This document shows, one piece after another, positions 29,854 through 39,496 of a DNA stretch of 64,000 bases. The stretch's first letter is position 1; each line of letters opens with the position of its first letter. The stretch is from an uncultured Acidobacteriota bacterium (lineage in GTDB: Bacteria; Actinomycetota; Acidimicrobiia; Spongiisociales; ZC4RG35), in assembly GCA_963749415.1 (NCBI GenBank), contig CAVVMG010000001.1, positions 300,367 to 364,366 on the forward strand, written 5' to 3'. The notes beneath the pieces are model-generated. The model made no database searches, was not told where the DNA came from, and worked only from the letters and a program-made list of their open reading frames with translations. The position numbers and the translations under genes are program-made.

Positions 29854-30821
29854 GTGGACCGCTCGCCAGCGAGCGTAGGGAGTGCGAGCGAATGGGCGGC
29901 GGGAACCGCGGCTTCTACCCGAACAGGCTTCGCCAGACCCGCTGCAGGAAGCCGGGGCTGCTCGGTGCGGCCAAACCGGCGAGCACTGCGGCGATGCATG
30001 TCGAGCGGCAGGTCTCCAACGAGCGCCATACCACCCTCACGGGTCTCCCAGCTGTACGTGACCTGACCCGGTGAGAAGGCCCGGGCGTAGACGGCGTCTT
30101 CGATAACGAGGGCCCCCGGATCCTCCAACGCGACCAGGGTTGGGGTCCGGAACACCGCAAACGAGAAGAAGCCGTCGGAGTAGTAGGCGAACACCAGACC
30201 CTCACCGTCCTCGTAGATGTCGAGTCGGCGGAAGTCACCGAGGCGATCCGGGAACTCCGCAACGGCACCGGGCTCCAAAGCCTCGGTGGACTCCGGCGTG
30301 GTCGCCGGCTCGTCAGCCGGTGAGGGGTCGAACTCGACGAACTTGCGCTCGCAGTACACGGACCCGTCCTCGTTGTAGGTCACCACGCTGAGCAACGCCC
30401 CGGTGCTCCCGTCGACGATCAATTCCGCCCGGAGCACGTCGCCTGCATACAACTTGTAAAGGCCTGCGTTGCGGTTGAGGAAGGTATGAGCGGTGCCCTC
30501 GTCGATGACGTAGGTCGGCTCGGCGTCGACGTCCTCGGCCGTTACCGAGGCGCTGGTCACAACCGCCCCTTCCCTGACCAACTCCCATCCCCCATAGCCG
30601 GAGGAGACCTCAACCTCTCCGGAGACGTGGAGCCCGGCACCGGTCTGCTCCAGGGAGACCACTGCGTTCTTGGCGCCATCTGGCGTGGTGCAGCTGATCA
30701 CCTGCTCAGCCGTATAGGACGCTTCCCGGCTCCGATCGAGCAGCTCGTCGAGCTCGACAGCCGAGGCGCTCACCGCCGGAACCAATGTCAGCAAGGCGAC
30801 CATCGTCACGAGCCGCCTCAT
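29706..30821 (-). CDS. Secreted protein downstream of the anti-sigma factor; possible MucB/RseB-like sigma-E regulatory protein (3' end uncertain)
   Basis: ATG at 30821 overlaps the rseA-like stop (ATGA). The signal peptide is MRRLVTMVALLTLVPAVSASA. The last roughly 90 codons are low-complexity (Ala/Pro/Gly/Ser-rich) and may be read-through past an undetected frameshift. Confidence 0.4.
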   Translation of the reverse strand: MRRLVTMVALLTLVPAVSASAVELDELLDRSREASYTAEQVISCTTPDGAKNAVVSLEQTGAGLHVSGEVEVSSGYGGWELVREGAVVTSASVTAEDVDAEPTYVIDEGTAHTFLNRNAGLYKLYAGDVLRAELIVDGSTGALLSVVTYNEDGSVYCERKFVEFDPSPADEPATTPESTEALEPGAVAEFPDRLGDFRRLDIYEDGEGLVFAYYSDGFFSFAVFRTPTLVALEDPGALVIEDAVYARAFSPGQVTYSWETREGGMALVGDLPLDMHRRSARRFGRTEQPRLPAAGLAKPVRVEAAVPAAHSLALPTLAGERSTQPRRNSFLIQVPIRGGGGSSSGIGSSAARLLINHASASPRAARVDSST

Positions 30822-31231
30822 TCGGTCACATCCCTCACGTCCGGAACCATCACCTTTGCCGGACCGAATGCGGGGTCGAGTGAGACTCTGGCCCCGAAGC
30901 GGCTGTTGAGATCGTCGACCGAGAGCGCGCTCGGCGGCGGCGTGAGGAGGGCGGCCAGAGTCACCACGATGGCAACCACGGCCGCGGCGGCACCCACCCA
31001 CAACCCGCGATTGCGGTGGAGGGGAACGACAACTGGCTCGGCGTCCCCAAGGAGGCCCGGGGGCAGCTCGAGGACGGGCAGTGAGCGCACCGCGCTCCGC
31101 ACCCGCTGCATGCGCTCCAAATCTCCGGCGCACGCGCCACAACGCGACATGTGGTCCAGCAATTGCCTGATCTCGCTCTGGGTCAGCTCACCATCCAGAT
31201 AGGCGCTCAGGAGCTCGCTGGGGTGGGTCAT
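30818..31231 (-). CDS. Anti-sigma factor (zf-HC2 / RsrA-ChrR-type zinc-binding N-domain)
   Basis: LSAYLDGELTQSEIRQLLDHMSRCGACAGDLERMQ contains the H-x3-C-x2-C motif, followed by a TM segment. It overlaps the sigma factor gene by 4 nt. Confidence 0.75.
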   Translation of the reverse strand: MTHPSELLSAYLDGELTQSEIRQLLDHMSRCGACAGDLERMQRVRSAVRSLPVLELPPGLLGDAEPVVVPLHRNRGLWVGAAAAVVAIVVTLAALLTPPPSALSVDDLNSRFGARVSLDPAFGPAKVMVPDVRDVTE

Positions 31232-31731
31232 GTCAGCAATTCCACGAGGAGCTTCCGACCGCGATGGATTCGGCTGCGGACGGTCCCGATCGGCACCGCC
31301 ACCGCATTGGCGATCTCTTCGTATGAGAGACCGACGATGTCACAAAGCACCACCGCCTCCCTGAATTCGTACGGCAGCTCGAGTAGCGCCTTCTGGATGT
31401 CATCGCCGATCGAGATCCTCGAATACTCGACATCGGCGGGTGGAGTCGATGCGATGTCCCATCGGTCGATGTCTTCGGGAATCGGGAAGGTTGGCCTGCG
31501 ATTGCGCCTCCGAACCTCATCGAGGAAAGCGTTCCGGGTGATCCTCCACAGCCAGCCCTCGAAGCTCCCGGGCTGATAAGAGGCGAGACCACGGCGGACT
31601 CGAAGCAGTACCTCCTGGACCAGGTCCGCGGCGTCGTCGGCGTTACCGGTGAGCCGGTAGGCGAAGTTGTAGATCTTCCTGCCATAGACACGCGCGACCT
31701 CTTCCCAGGTGAGTGGGACGGACTCTTCCAC
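31228..31731 (-). CDS. ECF (group IV) sigma-70 factor, SigE-like
   Basis: Region 2 (..ADLVQEVLLRVRRGL..) and region 4 (..VLCDIVGLSYEEIANAVAVPIGTVRSRIHRGR..) are both present. Confidence 0.9.
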   Translation of the reverse strand: MEESVPLTWEEVARVYGRKIYNFAYRLTGNADDAADLVQEVLLRVRRGLASYQPGSFEGWLWRITRNAFLDEVRRRNRRPTFPIPEDIDRWDIASTPPADVEYSRISIGDDIQKALLELPYEFREAVVLCDIVGLSYEEIANAVAVPIGTVRSRIHRGRKLLVELLT

Positions 31732-31783
31732 GGAGAACTACACCTTCAACGCCGGTCGTCGGCGGCGGGTTCCTAGCGGCCCG

Positions 31784-32005
31784 CTAGGTGTCCGTGGTCT
31801 TCGGATCCGAGATCTGCGGATCCGTTGGCTGCGTGTCCGTGGCTTCGACATCCGACTCTGACTCGCTGCCTTGCTCGACGCCCTTGCGGAACTCCTTGGC
31901 GGATGCGCCGAGAGAGCGGGCGAGGTCGGGGAGCTTCCTCGCCCCGAAGATGAGGACCACGATCAGCAGGATGATCAAGAGCTCTTGGCCTTTCATACCG
32001 AACAA
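31784..32005 (-). CDS. tatA: Twin-arginine translocase subunit TatA/E
   Basis: MFGMKGQELLIILLIVVLIFGARKLPDLARSLG... is the canonical TatA helix-hinge-amphipathic helix. Confidence 0.85.
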   Translation of the reverse strand: MFGMKGQELLIILLIVVLIFGARKLPDLARSLGASAKEFRKGVEQGSESESDVEATDTQPTDPQISDPKTTDT

Positions 32006-32059
32006 GTAGGACCTCCTGCTGTCAGCTTAACCAGGGGTTAAGGGTTTTCCGCTTGGCGC

Positions 32060-32989
32060 TCACCCGAGAGCCATCGAGTCGATGAATCGCTGCATCCGGT
32101 CACGGGTCACGAATCGCACCCGGGGTTCGGACATCTCGACGTCGTAGATCATGAACGGGCCGTATTTGTCGGTGATCAACATGCCGCGGGCCGCTCCCGC
32201 GGTCCCGAATTCCGCCATGAACTTGCGAACCACCATCTCGTCCAATTCCGGATGACTGCCCGACTGGTGGGACTCCGCCCGGATGAAGGTCTTCACGTTG
32301 TCCTTGATCGCCATATAGGTGCCATCGACCTGTGGCGTCACCATGTAGCCGAACATCTCGAGCAAGGCGAGGATGATCTCCGGACCGGAGGCGTTTGCCG
32401 GGTCGACCCCGCTCGTGCGGAGCCCTCGATCCAATCCGGCCGGGACTCTCAGCTCCGCCCCGATCGGCCCCAAGTCGTCGCGGGGCACCTCGACCCGGGT
32501 CTCGTATTGGGCGGTGTGATCGGTCTCGAACTGCCCGGCGAACGGATCCCGGGCGATGTGAGTCAGGTTGAGCATGTCCGCCTGCATCGGCGGGGGTAGC
32601 TCCCCCGGAGCAGGCAGCTTGGTGCGACCTATCTCTCGCACCGCTTCACGACCCGCGAACACGACGATCACGGTGACATCTGAGATCGGAAGGATGTGCC
32701 TCTTCTCCCGCACCACCTCTATTGCCTCGTCGACCAGCAGATCGTTGAGGACGGGGTCGTTTTCGTCTGGAAGGGGCACGTTGAAGGTGACCCTCGCCTC
32801 TGAGCCGTGGACGTGAAAGTCCGAGACCTCCGCGTGCCGGGTCGCGATGTCCTCGACCGGTTGTTCGCGCCGGAGCCACGATGTGTCCTCGAGGTCGATC
32901 GCGGCCGCCCGCTTGCGCTGCCTGCGCAGGCTGAACACGACCACCATCAACGCAACCAGGACGATCAGAACAACGCCGACTTCCTGCAC
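32060..32989 (-). CDS. Membrane-anchored hypothetical protein with a C-terminal restriction-endonuclease-like (Mrr_cat-like) region
   Basis: A single N-terminal TM. The C-terminus ..ILALLEMFGYMVTPQVDGTYMAIK...VVRKFMAEFGTAGAARGMLITDKYGPF.. resembles the D..(E/Q)xK core of the PD-(D/E)xK fold. This is weak and based on pattern only. Confidence 0.4.
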   Translation of the reverse strand: MQEVGVVLIVLVALMVVVFSLRRQRKRAAAIDLEDTSWLRREQPVEDIATRHAEVSDFHVHGSEARVTFNVPLPDENDPVLNDLLVDEAIEVVREKRHILPISDVTVIVVFAGREAVREIGRTKLPAPGELPPPMQADMLNLTHIARDPFAGQFETDHTAQYETRVEVPRDDLGPIGAELRVPAGLDRGLRTSGVDPANASGPEIILALLEMFGYMVTPQVDGTYMAIKDNVKTFIRAESHQSGSHPELDEMVVRKFMAEFGTAGAARGMLITDKYGPFMIYDVEMSEPRVRFVTRDRMQRFIDSMALG

Positions 32990-33043
32990 GTCATGCCTCT
33001 CTCTCGACCACCCGAAAGCCTAATTTCAACATGAAGGCCGGCG

Positions 33044-35204
33044 TCAACCGTCGCCGGAGTCTTCCAGATCCCGGAGACGACCTTCGGCCTCGATTTCGTC
33101 GAGGAAGATCTCCGCGGTGGCCTCCATCGCCCCGGCGTTGAGGCGTTCGATCATCTTCGACTTGGAGGTCGCGGTGCCGAAAGCAGTGACCACATCTCCC
33201 CTGAGAAGGATGGTGTCACCTCCCGGGACGATCACCCCGCGATCCCTCCTCACGGAAACCAAGGTCGACTCTTCGGGCCACGAAACCTCGCGGATCGCCC
33301 GGCCATCCGCCATCGAGCCGGGCGGGACCCGGAAGTCGTAGTACCCGGCGCCGGGATCGGTGCGTTGGGCCAGGCGGGCACGATGGAGCTCGACATCGGT
33401 CGCGGCGGTCAGTGCCAGGTGATAGGCGCTGACCGCGTCCTCCCGGCGGAACATGCCCTCCAGCCGCTGCGGGTCATCGTCGGCGACAACCGGGAGCCGG
33501 CCCACACCAAGGGCCGCCATCCGCTCCAGCGCACGAGATACCGGGGTGGCCCGGGTGACGGTGGCCGGTCTCGACGTCATCGCCTCGCTGACGACACCGC
33601 TCTTGCCATCTGCGGTGAACCGGGCGATATCCGAGATGGTGATCAGGCCAACGAGGCGCCCGTCGTCGACCACCGGCGCACCGTGCGAGTGGTGTCGCTG
33701 CATGCGACCCTCGACTTCGCTCGAGGTCGTCCCCGGGCCCGACGATCACAACGGGCGTGGTCATCACCGCACCAACATCGATCGTGTCGAGGACGTCGAC
33801 CTCCCCGGTCTGCCGAACACTGATCCCCATGCGCTTCAGAGCGAGGGAATACACGGAGTCGGGGGCGAAGCGCTCGGCGAGAAAGGTGGCGAGAGTGGCG
33901 GTCAGCATCAGGGGGAGGATCAGCTGATAGTCACGGGCCCCGGTGACCTCGAAGACGATCAGGATTGCGGTTAGAGGCGCTCGTCCCACGACCGCGAACA
34001 TTGCGGCCATCCCCACCACGGCGAAGGCTCCCGGATCGAGCTCGGAGAAACCCCAGACCGGGGCAAAGAGAAAGGCGAACCCGGTGCCGACGGCGGCACC
34101 CATCATCAGCGACGGCATGAACGCCCCTCCGGATCCGCCCGACGAAAGGGTCAAAGCGGTGGCCACGGCCTTGATCAATGCCAGGGCGATCAGGACCCAC
34201 CACACCTCGGAGACCTGCCCGTTGAGCAGCTCGTTGGTCACTGCCTGACCGGTCCCAAAGACCGCGGGCTCGATGAAGATGAGCCCGGCCACGAGCAGAC
34301 CCGTGATCACGGGCCGCAGCAGGCCCATGGGCCGCTCCCACGCCCTCGCGTACCGATCGACCACGCCGACGAGGCGGAGGAAGAGGAGCCCGACCGCCAC
34401 CACCGCGATCGCCATACCGGCGTAGAGCACCAGCTCGGAAGGGTGGTTGAGCCGATAGGCCCCGGTCTGGATCGCCAGCTCCTGACCCACGAGGGTCTGC
34501 GTGGTCACCGCCGCCGTCACCGAAGCGATGACGATTGCGGACATGTGCCGGGCCGCAAAGGAGGAAAGGATCACCTCGAGGGCGAACAGCATCCCGGCGA
34601 TCGGAGCGTTGAACGCGGCGCCGATCCCGGCTCCAGCCCCGGCAGCCACCAGAGAGCGCAGCTGGTCCTCACCCAGATTGAATCGCTTCGAGATCACGGA
34701 TCCGATGGCACCGCCCACCTGGACGATCGGGCCCTCCCGACCGGCCGAACCACCGGTGCCGATGGTGAGGGCGGTGGCCAGGATCTTGAGCGGGATGACC
34801 CGGGCCCGCATCTTGCCCCCTTGCACTTCGAGGGCGGCGACTGCCTGGGGCACGCCATCGCCCGAGATCTCCGGAGCGAGGCGCTTGGCCAGGAGCCAAG
34901 CGGCGAAGAACCCGGTGGGGACGGTGAGGAAGATCCAGACCCGGCCCTCCTCGATGGCAAAGAGAGCAAAGAAGCGCTCGAACCAATCGACCAGGGTGAC
35001 GAGGGCCGCGGCACCGAGCCCGACACCAACCCCGATCAGAGCCGCCATTGCCAGGAATCCGCCCATCTGGCGCTCGGCGAGAACTCCGACCGCCGGCAAC
35101 TTCCGGATGCTCTCCAAAGGACGGGTCACCAGGTCAGGGTAAATGGAGGACCGCCGATCGCCGGTACCCCGTCCAGAATGTGGGTGATGGCTTTTCGCTC
35201 TCAC
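33044..35204 (-). pseudogene. ClC-family chloride channel with C-terminal CBS pair and TrkA-C domain, frameshifted near 33715
   Basis: The channel core (..GSAGREGPIVQVGGAIGS.. GIGAAFNAPIAGMLFALEV..) runs up to ..VMTTPVVIVGPGDDLE. The second CBS domain and RCK-C (..VVDDGRLVGLITISDI.. DFRVPPGSMADGRAIREV..) continue in the +1 frame. Confidence 0.75.
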
Positions 35205-36037
35205 CTGACGAGACCACTGGATCCCCGGTTGCCGTCGAATGCGACGATCAGCGGGCTCACCCTGGTCGTAGCCGGCGCCGCAGGGATATTGGCGCTAACC
35301 GGGGATCGCACGCTCTGGCTGCCGGTGTTGGCAGCCGGTGCCACCTTCCTCACCTGGGCGTTGGGTCGTGAGCTCGACCCCGACCATCAGCCAACCGCGC
35401 TGATCGCCGCGCTCCCGGCCGCTGCCTCGTTCTCATCGGGTTCGAGATCAGCATCCTGGTGACCGTCGCCGTGATGATGTCGGCGCGGCTGGTGGTGGCC
35501 TCCACGGGGCGACGGCCACTCCCCACCGATCTCGCCGGCATGGTGGTGCTCGCGGGAGCTGTCTCCATCACGCCGCTGGGCTGGGTCGCCGGATTCGGCC
35601 TGGCCGTTGCGATCTACCTCGACGACCGAATGGAGGAGACGCACAGCGGGAGGGCGGTGGTGGCAGCGATCGGTGCCGCCGTTGCCGCAACCGTGGTCGC
35701 AACTCTCACCGACGCCCTGCCGCAGACGGTGCCCCAGGTGCGACCCCTGCTCACATTGGCACTTGGGGCCCTGGCCCTGATCGCCGTGAGCCGCGACCCG
35801 GTTGCCCCCTCTTCACTGGTCGACTCCCGGCGCAAGGCGCTGCTGGTCCCTGAGCGCTTGCACACCGGTCGGGCCCTGGTCGGATTGGTCCTCTTCGTTG
35901 GTGGGCTGCTCGACCCGACCCAGGCCGTGGTGCTCGCCACCATGGCTTTCACCCTGGCTCTGGCACTCGGCGCCGATTCCGCGGAGCGGATCCGACGTGG
36001 GCGCCGCCCTCGCCAAGAAGGCCCGGGACCGCGTTAG
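35178..36037 (+). pseudogene. Hypothetical polytopic membrane protein, probable frameshift near 35420
   Basis: MWVMAFRSHLTRPLD...LTWALGRELDPDHQPTALIAALPAAA is in frame 1. It continues in frame 2 as ..LVLIGFEISILVTVAVMMSARLVVAST.. with four or more TM segments. No family assigned. Confidence 0.4.
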
Positions 36038-36047
36038 CGTCCACGGG

Positions 36048-36263
36048 ATGTGCAGATCAATCAAGGTCCTTCGTGAGGGCGCCGTCCCGGCACCGAGTGA
36101 GGAGATCGAGGCCGCTGCTCTCCAATTCGTGCGCAAGATCTCGGGATTCTCCAAGCCCGCGGCTCACAATGCCGAGGCTTTCGACCACGCCGTGCACGAA
36201 ATCGCATTGGCTTCGCAGGAGTTGCTGGAGGCCCTGGAGATCAGGGGCGCCAAAGCCTCCTGA
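36048..36263 (+). CDS. DUF2277 domain protein
   Basis: MCRSIKVLREGAVPAPSEEIEAAALQFVRKISGFSKPAAHNAEAFDHAVHEIA... matches the conserved MCRNIK...AALQYVRK family. Confidence 0.65.
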   Translation: MCRSIKVLREGAVPAPSEEIEAAALQFVRKISGFSKPAAHNAEAFDHAVHEIALASQELLEALEIRGAKAS

Positions 36264-36307
36264 GTACTCCCCGAGCGCTGTTGGGCAGGAACTCTTGAGC
36301 AGCGTCG

Positions 36308-37180
36308 CTATCCCGGGAGCAGGGTCCCGATCCCGCCTTCGAAAGCGTTGGCCAATGCCCGATGTGCTGCGGCCACGTCCTGGGCGGCGATGCCGACGCT
36401 CTTGAAGACAGTCACGTCCTCCCCGATCGCCGGATTGGTTCCGGCAAGAAGCGACCGGAGATCGGTGTTGGCAGCCCGGCCTGCCTGTATCAGATCCCCG
36501 GCCTCGACCTCGGCAGCTTCCAGGTCATCGACCACCACATAGGCCCTCTCCAACAGCTCGGGCGGCAACTCGGCCATCATGGGCGTGAACGCCCCCACTG
36601 CGTTGAGATGGGTGCCGGGCCGGACCATCGAGTGGTCGAATAGCGGTGTCGTCGCCGGCGTCGCGGATGAGATCACATCGGCCTCGGCGACCGCGTTGTC
36701 GGCGTAAGACTCCACCTCACCACCGATGAGCCCGGCGAGGGTCCGAGCCCGTACCGCCGACCGCGACCAGACCAGCACTCTGTCGATGGGCCGCACCGAG
36801 CGCACCGCCTCCACCTGGTCGAAAGCCATGGCACCCGCACCGAGCATCGCAAGCGTCGATGCGCCACCGGAGGCGAGCAGGCTGGTCGCGAGCCCACAGA
36901 CCGCCCCGGTGCGTATCGCGGTCAGCGTCGGCCCGTCGACCAGTCCCAGCGGGCTCCCCTCTTCGTCGAACACGACGACGAGCCCCGTTGGATTGCCGGG
37001 CACCGTGGACACCACCTTGACCGCCATGATGTCGTCGAGTCGCCCCGGCATGACCAGGGAGTTGGCGACCTGGATCCGCAATGGAGACTCGGCGTCGCCC
37101 GAGAATGCGTGCTCCATTGCCTCGATCGCGTCCGGCATGGGCAGGGCTGCCCTGGTGTCGGCCGCATTGAGATATCGCAT
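36308..37180 (-). CDS. Ornithine cyclodeaminase / mu-crystallin family protein
   Basis: ..VMPGRLDDIMAVKVVSTVPGNP.. ..MLGAGAMAF.. Rossmann motif. The start overlaps the upstream FAD-oxidase stop by 1 nt (TGATG). Confidence 0.8.
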   Translation of the reverse strand: MRYLNAADTRAALPMPDAIEAMEHAFSGDAESPLRIQVANSLVMPGRLDDIMAVKVVSTVPGNPTGLVVVFDEEGSPLGLVDGPTLTAIRTGAVCGLATSLLASGGASTLAMLGAGAMAFDQVEAVRSVRPIDRVLVWSRSAVRARTLAGLIGGEVESYADNAVAEADVISSATPATTPLFDHSMVRPGTHLNAVGAFTPMMAELPPELLERAYVVVDDLEAAEVEAGDLIQAGRAANTDLRSLLAGTNPAIGEDVTVFKSVGIAAQDVAAAHRALANAFEGGIGTLLPG

Positions 37181-38415
37181 CAGGCCAGCACGTTTTTGAC
37201 CGCGATGTCGATCGGCTCCCGATCGACTGAGAGGAAGCTCATCGGGACGTCGGTGTCGTAATCCATGCTTCGCCCGCTTAACGCCTGGGCCACCAGGGAG
37301 CCAACCGCGGGGGCGAGCTTGAACCCGTGGCCGGAGAACCCATTGGCCACCCAGAACCCCTCGACGCCCGTGGGCCCGACCACCGGGTGGACGTCCTCAC
37401 GATTGATCGTGTAGAGCCCGGCTACCCCTGACACCTGGCCCCGGGTGGCGAGCGCCGGAATTCGATGCTGGAGAGCGGCGAGTTTCATTTCGGTGAAGTC
37501 GGCGTCGGGCACCATCTTGAAATGGTCCGGATCGTCAACGATCTCCTCCTCGTCCTCGGCAGCAACCGAGCCGATGAGTATCTGCTCCGGCCCCTGAGGG
37601 CGGAAGTAGATCCCCGTCGAGTTGTCGGCCGCCACCGGGAGCGGTCCCAGGTCAGGCGGCCAGGTCCGATACACAGTCTGGATTCGAGTCGGTGTCAGCG
37701 TCCAGCGGAGATCGGCCCCGGCCATCTCATTGAGCTGATTGCACCATGGCCCGGCTGCATTCACCACGAGACCAGCTGAGATCTCGGAGCCATCGGCTAA
37801 TCGGACGCCTGTCACCCGCCCGTTCTCCCTGAGCACGCCTGCGACCCGGGCATCGAATTCCACGGTGACCCCCTGGTTGCGAGCGGCTTCGATCAAGTCC
37901 TGGTTGGCTCCGCCGGGATCGGCATAGCCGCCGTCGGGCTCGAAGAGGAATGCCTCCCCGGGCTCACAGACATGCTCGTCGGCGGACTCGAAGTCGAGAG
38001 CCACCCCGCACGGAGAGAGCGCCGGATACATGGAGGTCACGTCTTCGGGGCCGAGGGCCCGAGCCTCCACTCCCTGTGATCTCAGCTTTCCGGCATCGGC
38101 CTCGACCTTCTCCCCCGACTCCCCCATGAGCCAGAGCACGCCCAGACGCTGCAGCCCGGAACGCGGCTCGCGGAGACCGGTGAATTCGGCCCAGTTCCCG
38201 TAGGCCTCCTGCCCATGGAAAGCGAGGCGCACCACCTCGGGGTGGGTGTACCGGCAACGGCAGATCGAGGATGAGGCTCCCGTGGAGCCCTCCGACGGGC
38301 CGCGCCCCTTGTCGAGAGCTACCACGTCGCACACGCCATGGCGGGCGAGCTGGTAGGCGATCGAGGAGCCGATGATCCCGGCCCCGACGACCACCACCTC
38401 GGCGGTCCGGGTCAT
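37180..38415 (-). CDS. FAD-dependent oxidoreductase (DAO / sarcosine-oxidase-beta-like family)
   Basis: MTRTAEVVVVGAGIIGSSIAYQLARHG is the GxGxxG FAD motif. 411 aa. Confidence 0.8.
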   Translation of the reverse strand: MTRTAEVVVVGAGIIGSSIAYQLARHGVCDVVALDKGRGPSEGSTGASSSICRCRYTHPEVVRLAFHGQEAYGNWAEFTGLREPRSGLQRLGVLWLMGESGEKVEADAGKLRSQGVEARALGPEDVTSMYPALSPCGVALDFESADEHVCEPGEAFLFEPDGGYADPGGANQDLIEAARNQGVTVEFDARVAGVLRENGRVTGVRLADGSEISAGLVVNAAGPWCNQLNEMAGADLRWTLTPTRIQTVYRTWPPDLGPLPVAADNSTGIYFRPQGPEQILIGSVAAEDEEEIVDDPDHFKMVPDADFTEMKLAALQHRIPALATRGQVSGVAGLYTINREDVHPVVGPTGVEGFWVANGFSGHGFKLAPAVGSLVAQALSGRSMDYDTDVPMSFLSVDREPIDIAVKNVLA

Positions 38416-39422
38416 TTCGCAGAGACTCGGTAGTCGCCTAGAGCCTCGTCCCAGGTCAGGTCGATGACCTCTTTGGTAGCGGCGGCCTTGCAGAATTGGA
38501 GGAACCCGCCATAGCCGAACTTCTTCTCCGAGAAGTTGGGGTCTTGCTTTCGGAGCTGATTCTTCAACCCGGACAGGACTACCGGCCCGTTCCGGGAGTC
38601 GAGCTTTCCCACCACTTCCGCGAGCAGATCGAACGCGGCCTGCTCACTGGTCCCCGTCGCCGGGAACTGGACGACTGGGTCTCCCCGGCCCGGGCCCTCA
38701 GAAAGCTCGATCACTCCCTGCGACTCGAGATGACGAAGCAGCTCGCCGAAAGCACGGAACCCAAAGTCGGCTTCGCTGAACGTCGAGTCCTTGCGGATCA
38801 GGGCCCGCTTCAACGACGAGGCGAGCACTTCACCTCCGACCGAGCGCTGCAAACCGGCCAGGGTCGTGGTGATCACCGACTCCAGCTCGGCGGTGCCGGT
38901 GTCGGCCTCCTCGGGCTCGGGCCGGGGGCCCTCGGCGGTGCGAAGCGGTTCGACGCCTTCCAGGTTCTCGTAGAAAAGGAACTCGTCACAGGCCGGAGGC
39001 AGCAGGTTTGAAGTCGAGGCCTTGACCCCGACACCGATCACCTTCTTGTTGAGCTCGCGCAACTTGTGCACCAACGGGGTGAAGTCGGAATCACCGGTGC
39101 AGATGACGAAGGTGGTGACGTAGTCCCGCTCGTACGCTGATTCGATGGCGTCGACCGCCATCTTGATGTCGGCGGCGTTCTTCCGGGAGGCGCCCATTCG
39201 CTGTGGGATCTCGATGAGCTCGACATGGCTCCTGGTCAGCTTCTGGCGGGCATCGGAGAACATCGACCAGTCTGCATACGCCCTTCTGCTGACCACCCGC
39301 CCCCGCTCGGCGAGAGCGTTGGCGATGGGGTCGAAGTCGAATTCCATCCCGCCCAGGGCCTCCCGGGCGCCGATCGCCAGGTTCTCGAAGTCGATGAACA
39401 GGGCGATGCGTTCTTCTTCCAT
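38412..39422 (-). CDS. NYN (LabA-like PIN) domain protein with OST-HTH/LOTUS repeats
   Basis: MEEERIALFIDFENLA...VICTGDSDFTPLVHKLRELNKKVIGVG is the NYN nuclease fold. Two C-terminal OST-HTH-like repeats. Confidence 0.8.
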   Translation of the reverse strand: MEEERIALFIDFENLAIGAREALGGMEFDFDPIANALAERGRVVSRRAYADWSMFSDARQKLTRSHVELIEIPQRMGASRKNAADIKMAVDAIESAYERDYVTTFVICTGDSDFTPLVHKLRELNKKVIGVGVKASTSNLLPPACDEFLFYENLEGVEPLRTAEGPRPEPEEADTGTAELESVITTTLAGLQRSVGGEVLASSLKRALIRKDSTFSEADFGFRAFGELLRHLESQGVIELSEGPGRGDPVVQFPATGTSEQAAFDLLAEVVGKLDSRNGPVVLSGLKNQLRKQDPNFSEKKFGYGGFLQFCKAAATKEVIDLTWDEALGDYRVSAK

Positions 39423-39496
39423 ATGGGTGAATGTAGTGGCGGCAGGGGGCCATTCCCCATGACGAGCGGTCGATCGCGTCGGTAGCTTGAACCGAC

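Noticed and set aside
30822-31142. N-terminal extension of ORF 29706..31142 upstream of MRRLVTM
   Set aside because: It overlaps the anti-sigma gene in another frame and is Arg/Gly-rich. The start at 30821, with a signal peptide and ATGA coupling, is far more plausible.
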